Source of the DNA: the human T2T-CHM13v2.0 reference genome, Homo sapiens
DNA length: 64,000 bases
Reading direction: 5' to 3' (one strand)
NCBI RefSeq assembly: GCF_009914755.1
Contig: NC_060933.1
In this document: one piece after another, positions 34,580 to 50,173 of the stretch
How positions within the stretch are numbered: the stretch's first letter is position 1
Layout: each line of letters starts with the position of its first letter
Made by a program: the position numbers and the translations under genes
The notes under the pieces: model-generated
The model's database searches: none
What the model was told of the DNA's origin: nothing
What the model saw: the letters and a program-made list of their open reading frames with translations, nothing else

Positions 34580-35850
34580 GTGACAGTGAAGGAGGGAATG
34601 AGGGAATTGTAGGCCTTTGGCTTCAGCCATCTCTGGGTCCTTCCCTGTCCCCCATGACAGATTCCTGGGCAGGCTCTACACTCTGAGAGGGTGAGGTACA
34701 GTGGGTCAGTGGGGGGCTCTGGAGCTGGACTGCCGGGGTCCAGATCCTGGCTCTACCCCTTAGGAGCCATGTGACATGTGGGAGCTTACTCAACATCTAT
34801 GAACCTCAGTTTCCCCATTTACAAATAACTGTGCATACCTCAAAGAGGCATTGTGAGGATGAACTGTGTTAAAATATGAACTTAGAACAATAGTGCTCAG
34901 CACGTGGAAATCCTTTCTAATTCATTCATTCAAAGCCATCCATTCATTGGGGGAACAACATGGGCATGAGGGTAAAGAAATAATCCCAACGCAATCTGCC
35001 TGTGAGAAGCTCAGTCCACTGGAACAGACAACAGGCACATAAACAACAAGGACAGAGGATGCCAGGGAGTGCAAAAGGAATACAAGAGAAACCCGGAGGA
35101 GGAGAGGCGAGGGTGGTTAATGCCACTGCAGATGGGACTCTGGAGCTGAGGTCAGCAGAATGGTAGGATTTCTACAGGCAGAGAAGATGAGAGGGTATGG
35201 CCGGCAGCCAACACCGCAAGGACAAAGGCAGGAAGCCACAAAAGGTCAGGATGTGTTAGAAGAGTGAGAATCGCAAATGGTTGCCATGCAGTGGACTTAG
35301 TGAGTGACAGGAAGGGGACACAAAGTGACAAGACCACACCCCTGGGGGCAGTGAGGGGGCTGAAACTCAGGATGCAAAGTTTGGGCTTTATTCCAGAGGC
35401 AACAGGAAACCACATGATCAGGCGGTCATTTGGGAAATTTCCTTTGGAAGACTTTGGAACAGCTGCAGCTAGGAATAGGTCCCTCGTGCAACAGACAGTG
35501 GGGAAGCCCCACCCTCTGCCATAATCACTGACCCAGCTGCAGCCCTGTGAAATTCCTTATCATGCAGGAAGCCTCAAACTCCAAGGATCGCATGAAACAA
35601 TGACTGTCCCCACTGACATACATTCTTCACTGTGCTCAGTGGCCCCCACACTGTACCTGAGCCATTCCTCACACCAGTGCTGTGAGGTGAGGGCAATCAG
35701 CTCCCCTTTATGGCACGAGGTCACAAAGCTTTGAGCCTGGACCTGTAGGATTTGACCCTGGGTCTGGGGGACTCCAGAGCCTACCTGCCTAGCAACCTTG
35801 CTCTACTGAAAGGTTGAAAGGTGGTGCCTTGGGCTGGCTTCTGTTTGCAG

Positions 35851-36014
35851 GAAAGCGTTCCACAACTTCAACTACTTTCTGTTCTTCTACAACGTGCTGC
35901 TGGGCCTGGGTGCCTGCCTTTCCAGGCTGCTCATCAGTTGCCTCCTCGGCATGTGGCTGATTGCCCGCATCGACAGGACCATCATGCAGAGTGGCTATGA
36001 GGGAGCAGACATGG
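35851..36014 (+). pseudogene. STRA6LP: STRA6LP exon J (164 nt) [54 protein letters not shown]
   Basis: Acceptor ctgtttgcag, donor gtaagt; phase 2 to 1. Confidence 0.92.
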
Positions 36015-36748
36015 GTAAGTGACCAGCACCCACCTGGCCACATCCTCTGGAGAGGGCTGGTCTTGCACCTCTGTGGCAGCTGCCTGGGAAGACGAGTATC
36101 AGAGGCCCAGAGTTCATGCCTTTCATTTATGCTCAGAGTTTATCTTCCAGCAGAGGCTATAAAGCTGAGTAGTAAAGACACATGCAGCCCCCTGGTCAAA
36201 AGAGAGTTCAAGGCTATTAAATTCCTGCCCATTTGGCAGACCTTTGGGGTATACAGGAAGAGTAGTCAAAGGTAGTCAAATTCTGTCTGAACACTTAGAA
36301 GTTAATTTATGAATGCACAGCTCTGAAAATTTTTAGGAAGAACATATCTCAGAATTATTAGTGTTGTTAGTTGGAAACAGTGCAGAAGATGTTCCATTCA
36401 GTTGAAATGCTGCAAATTCAAAGCCATTTCTGAGGAAGCAAAAGTAGTTTTTGTTCTGTTTTGAGCCCACAGTCATTCATTCACTCATCTATTCAATAAA
36501 TGTACTGATGCTTGCTTGGGATTAGCCACAGCAGCTCCTAACCCTTTGAGCTTTGAGCTCCCCATAAAATGGGCAGATTAGAATATGATCTCTAAGAGTC
36601 CTGCAGATCTTTATACCTCATTTTCTAGATTCTCAGAAAAGACTCAGGCACCATTGGAGAGCAAACTGGCTCTGCAGTTATATCTGAAAAGCACAAATGG
36701 GGCCATGTCAGGAGGTACTGCCTGGCCTGACCTGCCTCTGAATTTCAG

Positions 36749-36895
36749 GGTTCAGTGCATGGATTGGGATGCTCTACATGGACCATTATCACATCAACCC
36801 TGTGCTTGTCAGCTTTTGCCACATCCTGATCACAAATCACAGGGAGAAGAAGCTGCAGCAGAGCACCAAATACTGGTGCCTAAATCAATCGGCAG
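36749..36895 (+). pseudogene. STRA6LP: STRA6LP exon K (147 nt) (G)FSAWIGMLYMDHYHINPVLVSFCHILITNHREKKLQQSTKYWCLNQSA
   Basis: Acceptor gaatttcag, donor gtaacg; phase 1 to 1. Confidence 0.92.
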
Positions 36896-37523
36896 GTAAC
36901 GGCTCCTGTTTGAACCTACGCTGGATTCAGACCCCAGGAAGTAAATACCCTGAGGCTCCCTGGGATCCCTGAGGTGCCCCAGGTTCCGCTTTTCCTGCTC
37001 CTTTTCTCTATACTCCATGCCCTGGGTGCCCTTGAGCTAGGAAGCCCAGGAGGCTTAGCTCCCAGTCAACCTGACGATGGGACCCACTCAGGCTTTGTGT
37101 CCTTGTCCTGTTAACTGGTCTCCTGCCTTGTTCCTGGAAGTGAACTCTAGCTCTGCTAGTGGAGTTCTCCATATCCCATGTGTTTGAGTCTCCAACCCAT
37201 ATCCCAGGCTACATGGCAGATGTCTTCCAAGATGAGGCTACATTTTGATGATTCTGCCCTGCTGCTTACCACAAGATCTCTGAGGCTCTCTGCCTCTCTA
37301 GGGCTCAGACTGTGTTCATTGCTATTCCCAACACTGCAGATACTCAATTCTAAAGGACAACTTACATCCCTTCAACCTCCCTCATGTCTGCAGGAGTCCC
37401 AGTCTCACATGAATGTGCCACATCTTACACATTCCAGGCAGCCCTTTCAAACACTTTGGAGAGGGAGTTCCCCTCCCTGAGACCCCTCACTCCTTCAGTC
37501 TGTCTGCTCTGATTCTATCCTAG

Positions 37524-37669
37524 GTCCCCATGTCTCAGCTAGGTCCAGAACAAGGTGGTTCCTGTTGCAGACCCTAATCGACAACCCAAGACTCACCATG
37601 CACAGAAAATTAAAATTAGGGCACAGTTCCCAGGAGTCCCAAATTCTGATGGCATGCTCGGAGAGCTGA
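37524..37669 (+). pseudogene. STRA6LP: STRA6LP terminal coding exon L (G)PHVSARSRTRWFLLQTLIDNPRLTMHRKLKLGHSSQESQILMACSES*
   Basis: Acceptor ttctatcctag; TGA at 37667-37669. The RxRW..L.TL..NP.L...RK motif resembles the STRA6-family C-terminal calmodulin-binding helix. Possible ATTAAA signal at 37878-37883. Confidence 0.9.
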
Positions 37670-39839
37670 CGCTGGCCCCCATCATCTGCTCCAAAGCCAG
37701 GCTAGGACATCTGCCACCAAGAGAGGGCTCAATCTAACCAGCAGCTGTCCCCTGCAATGAAATGGGATGGCACAGGCACCATCCATGCAGATGGCAGACA
37801 ACAATGGTCACTCATGGGATGGCCACCTGGGCTGAGGGATGAAGTTTCAGGACTATTTCACTCCCTTGGCAAAAAAGATTAAAAAACTAAAGAAAAGTCT
37901 GTTGAACAAACTTTACCCATTAATGACTTCCACTATCCATTGTGGGTAGGCAGCCTTGGAGAGTTACTTGTTAAAAAGCACTTAGTTTACCTACAAAGCA
38001 GAATTTTATGTCACTGGAGAAGGTGGTAAAATGTGTACATCAGGAGAGTTTAACCATCAGATCCTAATTTTTCTCTGGAACAGAATGTGGATTTCAATCT
38101 GACAGTATCCTCATTGCTTTCTTCTTGCCAGGCTTTATGGTGGATGGAAAAAAAGGAAATCCATGATCCTGGTCCCCAGTGTTTTTAGACAAGCAGGCAC
38201 ACAACAGGCTTTCTCTCCCATTGCCACTGAGATGAGGAATGGATCAGAGCTAACTTGGGCATTAGTCATAAAGCAGATGCACAGATTCTCTCTAATAAGG
38301 GTGGGATTACTTGGAAAAGCCACCTGTCTGAAGATACAAAGACAGGGTAGGCAGGTATTCCAGGTGGGGGATCACAAGAGTAAAGTTCTGTGAGCAAGCA
38401 AGCCCCAAGCATGTTTGAGGAGGGTGAGCCATGTGACATGTCGGGGTACAGAACTCTAGGGGCTGGCCAGGACCATCCCAAGAAGGGCCAAATGTCATGC
38501 CAGGAGGCTTGGACATTTGTCCTGTGCAAAGCCCAGTACTTAACCACATTTCATGCTGAAGCACAAAAACCTGGCCCAGGACCTGTACAAAATCTGTCCA
38601 TTCAAAATTCCTTATGAAGCTTCTGCAGATATTATGAGGATCCCACCAACAAGACAAAGGGGAATCCCCATTCCCCTCATGAATCCAAGAGCAATTGTAA
38701 TTCAGTTGTTATTGTTAAGCACCTAATGTAAAACCTAGTCCTGTTGCTAGGTGTTTGCCAGCATTGTCTCTTAGTTTAATCTCTGTAACTGAGCTTTATC
38801 ATCCTGCTTTTTAGAAACTGAGAAAACCAAGACTCAAAGTGTTGGGATTCTCATGCCACCACTTTGTAGGTGTGTGCCAGCAGCTCAATTACTTTGCCTT
38901 TATTCACTTTTCTTATCTATAAAAAGAGAGTAATACCCCCTAACACCTAAAATTGTTTTGAGGAAAAAAATGAGTTAATAGAGACAAACACTCTTAAGAT
39001 AGTGTCTCACACATCCTAAACTCTCAATAGATATTAACTATTATTATTTGTCATATAACACTTTGTGATGATCTGATTAATATCTGCTCACCCCCTCACT
39101 AAGATACCAGCTCCATGAAGAAAGAGGCCTTCTCAGGTTTTGCTTACTATCACCAAGCACACACCTATAACATAATAAGATCTTGGAATGAATAAAATAA
39201 TGAGATCAAGATGAATAATTCTTTTGAGTATGAATTCACTTACCAAAATCAATCCTGGCATCATGGTTTTAATGAATAGTGAGTGAATACCCATGGGAAA
39301 CCTTGCCGTGAATTGAGGAGGCTAATATGTAAACAGCTGTCTGTGATCCAACCCACTATATGTAATAACATGGGCTTGTACAAAGTTCTGTGGAGACTTG
39401 GAAAAGAAAACTACTAATTCTGCCTGTGTAAAGTTAGTGAAGACTTTCCAGAGGAAGTGGCATGGGAGCTGGAATCTACAGGATGTGACATAGGGCATTT
39501 CTTATTTGTGTTGGGGAAAAGGCAAGGCATACCTTCCAGCTTTGAAGTTTCCTGGGAGTTTGGAGATCATGCTAGATGAAGACACTCAACATGAAGAATC
39601 TTTATTTTGGGACCACTAGGCCTCACTGCTTTCTAGGGATGAGATGAGGTAGACATAGAATGTATTAAGAGAAGCACAATATTCAAAAGAATCCAGTGTC
39701 AATCTTAGGTAGTAGAGCTTCAGGACTACCTGCTATACCTTATTCTATTCCCATGCCACCCTCAGGCAGGCTCAGACAAGACACCAAAGGTGTCTGAAGA
39801 CCCTGGGTAGCCTTCCAGGTCACAGACATGAACACAACC

Positions 39840-41830
<1,991 letters not shown>

Positions 41831-42164
41831 ATACGATCATCAAGAAGTACATGCAAGCTGCTCTGAAACAAAGCTCATTGGTTTCAGTGACTCATTTCAG
41901 GACTTGGTGTTAGTTCACTGGGAGAAAATAGCTGTTTCTAGGCAAATGTCCTGGCCCCAAGTGTCTTATCTGAAATACTGCAGATCAGAGAAAATTTCTG
42001 TGATAAGTTCTATTCTGTTATTCTGTTAGCAAGGTGTGAAGGAGATATGCAGGTATTTTAGAATGCAACCATGAGGGCTTCTTCTTTATGGATCCTCCCT
42101 GACACCATTTTGGTTAGAGTTTTGACATAAGTGACTCCATTTTGTATTGTCAGCTTCCACATTA

Positions 42165-42299
42165 GATACTCCCCATGAGGCCACAAGGTACAGGTTGGGA
42201 GAGAGAAGGCATTGTAACAAGAGTAGGAACCACAGGCATTTGGACCACTTCTTATAACTTATTTCTGCCTTCAGATCCTGTTCAGGCTCAATCATATAC

Positions 42300-42392
<93 letters not shown>

Positions 42393-45245
42393 TTCCATTG
42401 GATGATGAAGTATTGCTGTGTATGGCAACTTTATGGGTTGGTGGACCAGATAACACTAAGTTCATGATGGGCAGCTCAGGGCACATCGTAACTTGGTGGC
42501 CCACGCATGATCAAGCATTCAGTTTCTACTAAGTCCCAGTAGCAGGTCAAAAGCTATCTCTTAAAAGAAGATTAGTTATCTGTAGATGATGGTAGTGCCT
42601 TGCTCCAAAATCCTAAAGACAGGAGCTGCAATTCACCTGTAGGATGCCAAAGGCTCCCAACAGCGTCCCTCTCTGCTGCTAACACCTCAAGTACCATTGA
42701 ATCTGCTGGAGCAATGGTACTTGTGGCAGACCAAGTGGCAGACCAGCTTGGACAGCTGCCTGGACCTTTGCAGAACCTTCTCCTGTTTTCAGACCCACTC
42801 AAAACTAGCAGCTTTTTGGGCCACTTGGAAAGTGCGGAGTAACATACCTAAATGAAGAATGTGTTGCCTCCAAAATCCAAACAGCCCCACCAGGCATTGT
42901 GTCTCTTTCTGGTTGTAGGAAGAGCTAGATGCAACATCTTCCCCTTCACTTTAGAAGGGATAGATTGACGTACCCCACACCACCCAACCCCTAAAAATTT
43001 CGCTGAAGTAGAAGTCTTATGAATTATAGTTAGATTTATTTCCCACTTTTCTGACACACAAATGTCTTACCTATAAGTCTAGAGTAGTTGCTACTTCTCA
43101 TTCATCAGATCCAATCAGTCTAATGTCATTAACGTAATAGACTAGTGTGATATCTTATGGCAAGGAAGGGTGATCAAGATACCACAAAGATGTTCCAGTT
43201 CTCCTGGAATCAATGTCAGTTCGGAGCCAGTGTCCAGTAGTCCCTGAAATGTCTGATTATTTCCTTTTCTTCAATACACAGTTACCGTGGTAAAGAGCTG
43301 TATGTCCCTTGTGGAAGGCTGAGAGAGAGATTAACAGTACTGTCTAAATTTTCAGTTGTGTCCTTCCTTGAGGAGGCCCAACTTCCCCTTCATTCAAAGG
43401 ATTTCAAGTGTATAAACAGGCTCAAAACTTGGAATTGATTGAGGAGCCATGATTATTTGTTTTTAGATTCAAATTAGACTTTTGGTGACTTGACCTGGAA
43501 TTTTTCTGCTTATATGGATCATATAAGAATTTAGTAGACTTCCTATCTATTTCACTTCTAAGAACACTGTAATTAACTAGTCCTACAATATGCTGTGGTC
43601 AAGCAAAAGAACCCAGAAAGGTAATGATGTAATTCAGTCTGAGTCTGAAGACCTGAGAACCTGGGAAGCCACTGGTGTAAATGAGTAGCCAACATTATAG
43701 GGCTGTGCAATTCAGATAATTCTGATTGTTTTTTTGACTCAGCTATTCATTATGGTAATTTAGACCACCTTGTCTGGGCTGTTGAGCCTCCACTTGACCC
43801 CTGCCAGTCCAAAATCCAAATACTCCTATTGCATTTAGGTTTTCCAGTTGAGTGACTGTGTTTCCACTTTAAGGTCTGGCCTACAGAGAAGAGAGATTGC
43901 AGAGCTCTTTAAGGATACTGGAGCTCCTCATTTATTTCTCAAAGTATGGGAGAAAAACATGTCTTCTGGAACCTTCGGTGTGGGCGATTAGGTTTTAAAT
44001 GACAAATTCACGTTAACATTCCAATATCCTTGAGACTTTAAGTCCCTTCTTCTACTTTAAACCAAGAAAGATCAGTCATTTCCAATTTGCTCATCTTTTG
44101 ATCCATGACTCAGCAAACTAACCAAACAAATTGTTAGTGCTCTTTCTAACTTCTCAAGCTGCAAAATCTCTGCTTAGTGAGCCCATTTAATAAATTCAGT
44201 CTGGTTCAGCTTTATGCTCCTTCACCATTATCCCATACCTTTAACATCCATTCCCACACATGTTCTCTGGATCCCTGCTTATATAAATTAGTAAACTCAA
44301 GCAGATCTTCTGGAGTGTAGTGTACCTCCTCATGCATCACACTTTGTACCTAACCTTAGGGGCCTGCTGGGACTTGAGTCTAGTTAGAGGTCTAGAGACG
44401 GGTAGTGGGGGTAGATCTTGAGGAGAATCATCATTATTATCTTTCATGGTAACTACCTCATATAAGGCCATCATTTCTTCAGACAATGCAGGGTTGAGGC
44501 CCTCAGATAGAGGTTGAACAGCTGATACCACTGTGGGTGGGAAGCTATTTCTGTTGGGGGTGGGAAAGCCACTTTTTCTGGGAGTGGCGATACCTCTTCC
44601 ATTGGCAAAGAAGACTTCAAAATTTAGGAGCTCAGTGTCCCCAGCTTCATCAAAATTTTCTCACACATCCCCATCCCAACGTATAGAACCCTGTTTCCCA
44701 ATGAAGGCCTGAACTTTTAACTGGACACCCTGGGAGGCTTGGGGTTCAACTTGCTTGTAATTTGTCCAATTGCTGGGATAAGATCCTGTGTCTGATTTTC
44801 AGTAATTTCAGTCCTGCATCTACAGGAGATAAGCCTCTCCCTCAGGGCACACCTAGACACTCTTAATTAAGTCATTTATGTGGCTCTTGAGCTTGGAATT
44901 CAAACACCTGACTCAGATAGCTTTTCTTTCACTGCTTTATCCAGTAGTGAAAGCAATCAACCAACATAACTATATTTCTTAGTTTTCAAAAAATGATTGG
45001 AAGTGTCATACACAGACTTACTTAGCTCTTTCCTTCTTATAAGTGGTTAATTAGAAGTACCCAATCCAGATATTTTGCACATCTCTATAAATAGTTCACT
45101 ACATGGACTATCAGTGCTCTCTCTACTACTGGAAATGAAGTCATTAGCATCTTTATGTCTAAACAGATTAGAGAGCCATTTTCAGAAACCCCAAAACCAG
45201 TTCAGAAAACTAATCCTTAAAATTCTTTTCCTCTCTTAGTGTCAA
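42165..45245 (-). mobile_element. ERVL (HERVL-like) internal region, deleted and degenerate gag-pro-pol
   Basis: Minus strand encodes the protease motif GLLDTGSELTLIPG (~43205-43245) and a degenerate RT motif TLVYYVNDI (~43125-43150). Confidence 0.85.
42303..42388. repeat. (TG)n(TA)n microsatellite inside ERVL pol
   Basis: Read directly from the sequence. Confidence 0.95.
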
Positions 45246-45249
45246 AATC

Positions 45250-45782
45250 TGTATTAGTTAGGGTCCTCCAGAGAAACAGAACCAATAGGATAAGTAGAGA
45301 GAGATATATAGATATAGATAGCTAAGAAAAGATTTATTATGGGAGTTGGCTAATATGATTACAGAGGCTGTGAAGTCCTACACTATGTTATAGTCAAGCA
45401 AAAGAACCAGTAAAGGTAGTGATGTAATTCAGTCTGAGTCTGAAGACCTGGGAACCTGGGGAGCCGCTGGTGTAAATTCCACAGTCAGAAGGCATGAGAA
45501 CCAGGATCTCTGATGTCCAAAGGCAGGAGAAGAAGGATGTCCTAGTTTAGAGAGAGAGAGAATTCACCTTCTTTCACCTTATTGTTATACTTGGGCCTTC
45601 AAAGGATTGGATGATCACCACTCACATTGGTAAGGTCATTTTTTTTTTTTAATTCAGCCTACTGATTCACATGCTTATCTCTTCTGAAAATAGCCTCACA
45701 GATACACCCAGAAATAATGTTTTCTTAGCTATCTGGGTATCCCTTAGCCTAGTCAAGTTGACACATAAAAGTAACCATCACA
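45250..45782 (-). mobile_element. MLT2-family 5' LTR of the ERVL
   Basis: Reverse complement starts TGTGATGGTTAC and ends ...CTAACTAATACA; it abuts the internal region. Confidence 0.85.
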
Positions 45783-45929
45783 CAAATACTTGGGCAGGGC
45801 TGGCTTCCTCTGTTCTTTCTGGTCACAGCAAAAAATGTAACCTCAATGAGAACATTTCTGAACCCCCCCACCCAATGACTTTCTGGCCCCACTCTCAGCA
45901 CCCTACTATAAAGTGGAGGACTTACACTA

Positions 45930-47590
45930 CCAGATATTGGGACTTAGTTTAAAACTATAGTAATGAAGGCTGTGTGTGCTGCTAGTGCAAAGATAGAAAC
46001 TAAGAGAAATAGAGAGCCCAACTCAGACCCACACATTTGGATGTTTTATGTATGATGAAAGAGGTGTGCAGAGCAGTAGGGAGAAGACAGTCTTTTCAGT
46101 AAGCGGCCCAGGTCAGCTGGTTCTCCATATGGGAAAGAAATGAATCGTGACTCCTAACTCACACTATAAACAGAAACCCATTCCAGGTGGATTGTAAATT
46201 TAAATGTGAAAGTTTAAAACAATATTTACAGTAGATAATATCAGAGAATATTTTCATGACCTTGAGACAGGCAAGGATTTCTTAAGCAGGACACAAAGTG
46301 TACTGGACATAAAGACAAAAATGGATAAATTGGGACCTATTCAAGTTGTAACATCACTTCATTGAAAGTCACCTTCAAGAGAGTAAAAACGCAAGAACAG
46401 AATGGGAATACATATTTGCCAGATTTATGTGAAAAAGCCTCATATTTATGATACATAACTAACTCCCATAAATTAATAAGAAAAAAGACAATCTGCCAGG
46501 AAAATTGGGCAAAAGATTTGACTAGACATTCCACAAAAAGACATCCAGATGTCCAACAAGTATACGAAATGTGTCCACATTGTTACTAATAAGGAAAATG
46601 CTAATTAAAACCATAGGATGATACTACCATGTAGTGGCTAAAATAAAAACAGGAGACAATATCAAATGTTGGCAAGGACGTAGGGCAACTGGAACTCTCA
46701 TACACTGCTGTATGTAAACTGATACATTTTCAAAAATTCTTTGGTAGTATCTCTTAAAGATGAACATACACATATTCTATGACTCAGCAATTCCACTCTT
46801 AAATATACACCCAATAAAAATGCCTGCATATGTTCACCATACAAAAGAATGGTCAGAGCAGCATTATTATTGGTAGTCTCCAAATTGAAAAAATCCAAAT
46901 GTGTATCAATAATAGGATGAATAAAATGGGGTATATATTTTTTAATAATAGGATACTATACAGAAATAAACCGTAGACACATTAAAAATATATATATGGG
47001 CTTGGCCTGGTGGCTCATGCCTGTAATCCCAGCACTTCAGGAGGTTGAGGCGGAGGATTACTTGAATCTAGGAGTTCGAGGCCAGCGTGGGCCACATAGT
47101 GAGACTCTGTCTCAACAAAAAATAAAAATTAGCCAGGTATAGTGGTATATGCCTGTAGTTCTAGCTACTTGGGAGGCTGAAGTGGGAGGATTGTTTGAGC
47201 CCAGGAGTCTGAGGTTACAGTGTGAGCTATGATTGTGCCACTGCACTCCAGCCTGGGTGACAGAATGAGACCCCGTCTCAATAAAAAAAAAAAGTATACA
47301 ACTTACAAACATAATGAAATAAGCCCAACATAAAAGAGTCCATTCTCTATGGTTCCATTTAAATAAAATTTTTAAAGAAGCAAAACCAATTCAGAAGTTA
47401 GAATATTTGTTATCCTGGGGGAAGAGAGGGCAGTGACATGAAAGGTACACAAAAGGGGCTTCTGAAGAGTTGGTAATGCTCTGTTTCTTATGGGTACTGC
47501 TTACTAGGCACGTTCCTTTCAGATAATTCATTGAGCTATTCACTTATGATTTCTATACTTTTAGATATGTACGCTATGCTTCAACATGCA
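45930..47590 (+). mobile_element. Old L1M 3' region with a nested AluJ (46998-47293)
   Basis: aaaattgggcaaaagatttgactagacatt...gactcagcaattccactc are L1 ORF2-end and 3' UTR motifs. Confidence 0.75.
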
Positions 47591-49680
47591 CATCCAATCA
47601 GTTGGTTAAATAACTTTTTTTCTGGCTAGTCACAGGTCAGATGGTTCAAGACTTGAATTACAGGGTCTAGATTCATATCCTAGATCTTCCTATCTTGGAG
47701 ATCTTGGCCAAGTCACTGACTCTGAATTTCAGTTTCTTAATCAGTAAAATGGGTTACTTAAGGCACCCCTCTCATAGTCACTACAGGCATTAAATCTTCT
47801 CATTAAATATTTGCTCTTGTGGTGGTCCTCATTGCTCTGCTTTGTCTGGACTATGCAGAAGACAGACAATAGCCTGGGATAGAGGAAGGAAAAGGATGGG
47901 GTCAAGAGACATTTTCAAAGTTAAGAGTGAGAGGGAAAAGATCAAAGATGATGCTGAGCTACAAGAAAAAGATCCAGAGGCCCTGGTGTCATTCTTTCCG
48001 TTCCCTATCTCTGGCTTTTTGCCCGTATCTAAACACAGGAGGTGGACTAACCAGATGATCTCTAACTGGTTAGTCTTTCGCTATGATATTATCAGGTTGG
48101 GAGGAGAATGGAAATGCCATCCAAAAGGCAAACACGAATTTCCACGTTTGATGCAAACTCAAACACAGTCTCAAAAACTTGGAAGTTAAGGGAGGTAAAT
48201 TCTCAGTGCTGGGATTATGGGTTATTTTTACTTTCTCCATTGAAGTTTTTCATTTTTTTTTAATTTTTGACAATAAATATGGAGTTTAATCAAAACAAAA
48301 TCCCATACTTCACATGTCCATGCCTGCTATTTATAGCCATATAATTTTTAAAAAGAAAGAAACCCCTAAATTACAGATGTGCCTGGAACCAGAACCCAGA
48401 AAGCATCTGGGTAGGGAAAATAGTTTCTAGTGTTCAAGGCCAAAGCCAGTAGGGCCTCCTTGGATGGGAAAGAGATATGAGACTGCAAGTAATTCCTGGA
48501 CATTACCTATTTGTTATTGTGTTTTCATCCCTTCCCTCAGTCACCTACACGTTTTCTTTTTCCAGCTAAAATGAATCTAATCTTTGTTACAGTACTTCAC
48601 CTTGTTAATAAAACCCAGGACTGAAGAATGAGAATAAAAGGGTTTTATACTCACCATTTCTTAATTTCTGATTCTAGTCTGGACAGAACAATCACTCATT
48701 CTAGAAAATTGGCATAGGGAGCATTTATTAGCAGTTGTAACATATCACTGCCAAAGGGAGGGATTCTGTAAGGCGGCACTGGGTGTCTCATATGTATGGG
48801 AAACCCGAGGCCACGTTCAGTGCCAACCACAAGCATTTTCATCTCTGGCCAGGCAAGCCTTGATCCCTGAATTTTGAGCTCTCAACCTCTTTTAAAATGA
48901 GAAAGAGATGGTTTCTTCCAGAGTCTTTCAGCTTCTAACTTACAGGCAAACACTACCGTATGCTGTCCCCCAGCAGAGATTGGTTTTAACCAAGGCAAAT
49001 AAGTTAGGATGGACTTTGTTGACCGTGATGGCTCAGTGCTACATCTCATATATCCTACCACCTTTCAGAACATTTAATAGTGCTGCTCCTGGCAGCCCTG
49101 GGGTTGTAGTCCTTGTAGAGAGGAGGAACTGGCATTGAAAGAAATAGTTGAGTTTCACTACGCCACGTGGGGCGCTCCCATTGCTAAGAGCAATCTCCCC
49201 TCCCTGGGAAGAAAAGCGTGGGCGGGGCCGGGGCAGTCCCTCCCCTCCGCGTTGCCTTGGAGACCATGGGCGTCCAGCTGCAGTTGTCGCTGGACCGGCC
49301 CTGGCTGCCTCGAGAGGTGCTTTCTGCAGGCGGGGACGCGGCCAGGCCGGACGCAAGGCCTCCCTCCAATCTACCGGGCTCAGGGGGACGGCCAGGGGCT
49401 GCTCAGTCTACTTGGCGGGCTAGGGAGGGGGATGGCAGAGGCTGGTTGGGTCTTCTCAGCACACAGTAGGCGCCTAATTAGCGTGACCTGAATCAGGTTA
49501 CTCTCTCCCTCCAATTCTCCTCCCTGTGTCCCATGGAGGGTGGATTAGGGTCCCGGATGCGAGTTCTGCGCCGCATTAGAGTTCCAGTCCCAACCGACAC
49601 CTTGAGCGCCGTTAACTTTTCCCCGAAGAGCATGGCAGAGTGAAGCACAAGCAATAATCCTGTATTATTCGCGTTCCCAG

Positions 49681-49751
49681 AGTCCCTTCGGATTTGCGCC
49701 ATGCGCGGCGGGGAGAACCGGCCTCCTGCTCGAGTTCAGAGCTCATCTGAG
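49681..49751 (+). CDS. CCDC180: CCDC180 upstream/alternative exon with in-frame ATG 49701 (MRGGENRPPARVQSSSE)
   Basis: Acceptor gcgttcccag at 49680, donor gttagt at 49752; joins the 49928 exon in phase 0 without a stop. Confidence 0.65.
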
Positions 49752-49780
49752 GTTAGTTTCATCGTTTCGTTGAAAGTTAA

Positions 49781-50173
<393 letters not shown>

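Noticed and set aside
42165-45782. Potentially coding ERVL provirus
   Set aside because: Many stops, a large deletion between the protease and RT motifs, YxDD degenerated to YVND, and no 3' LTR found.
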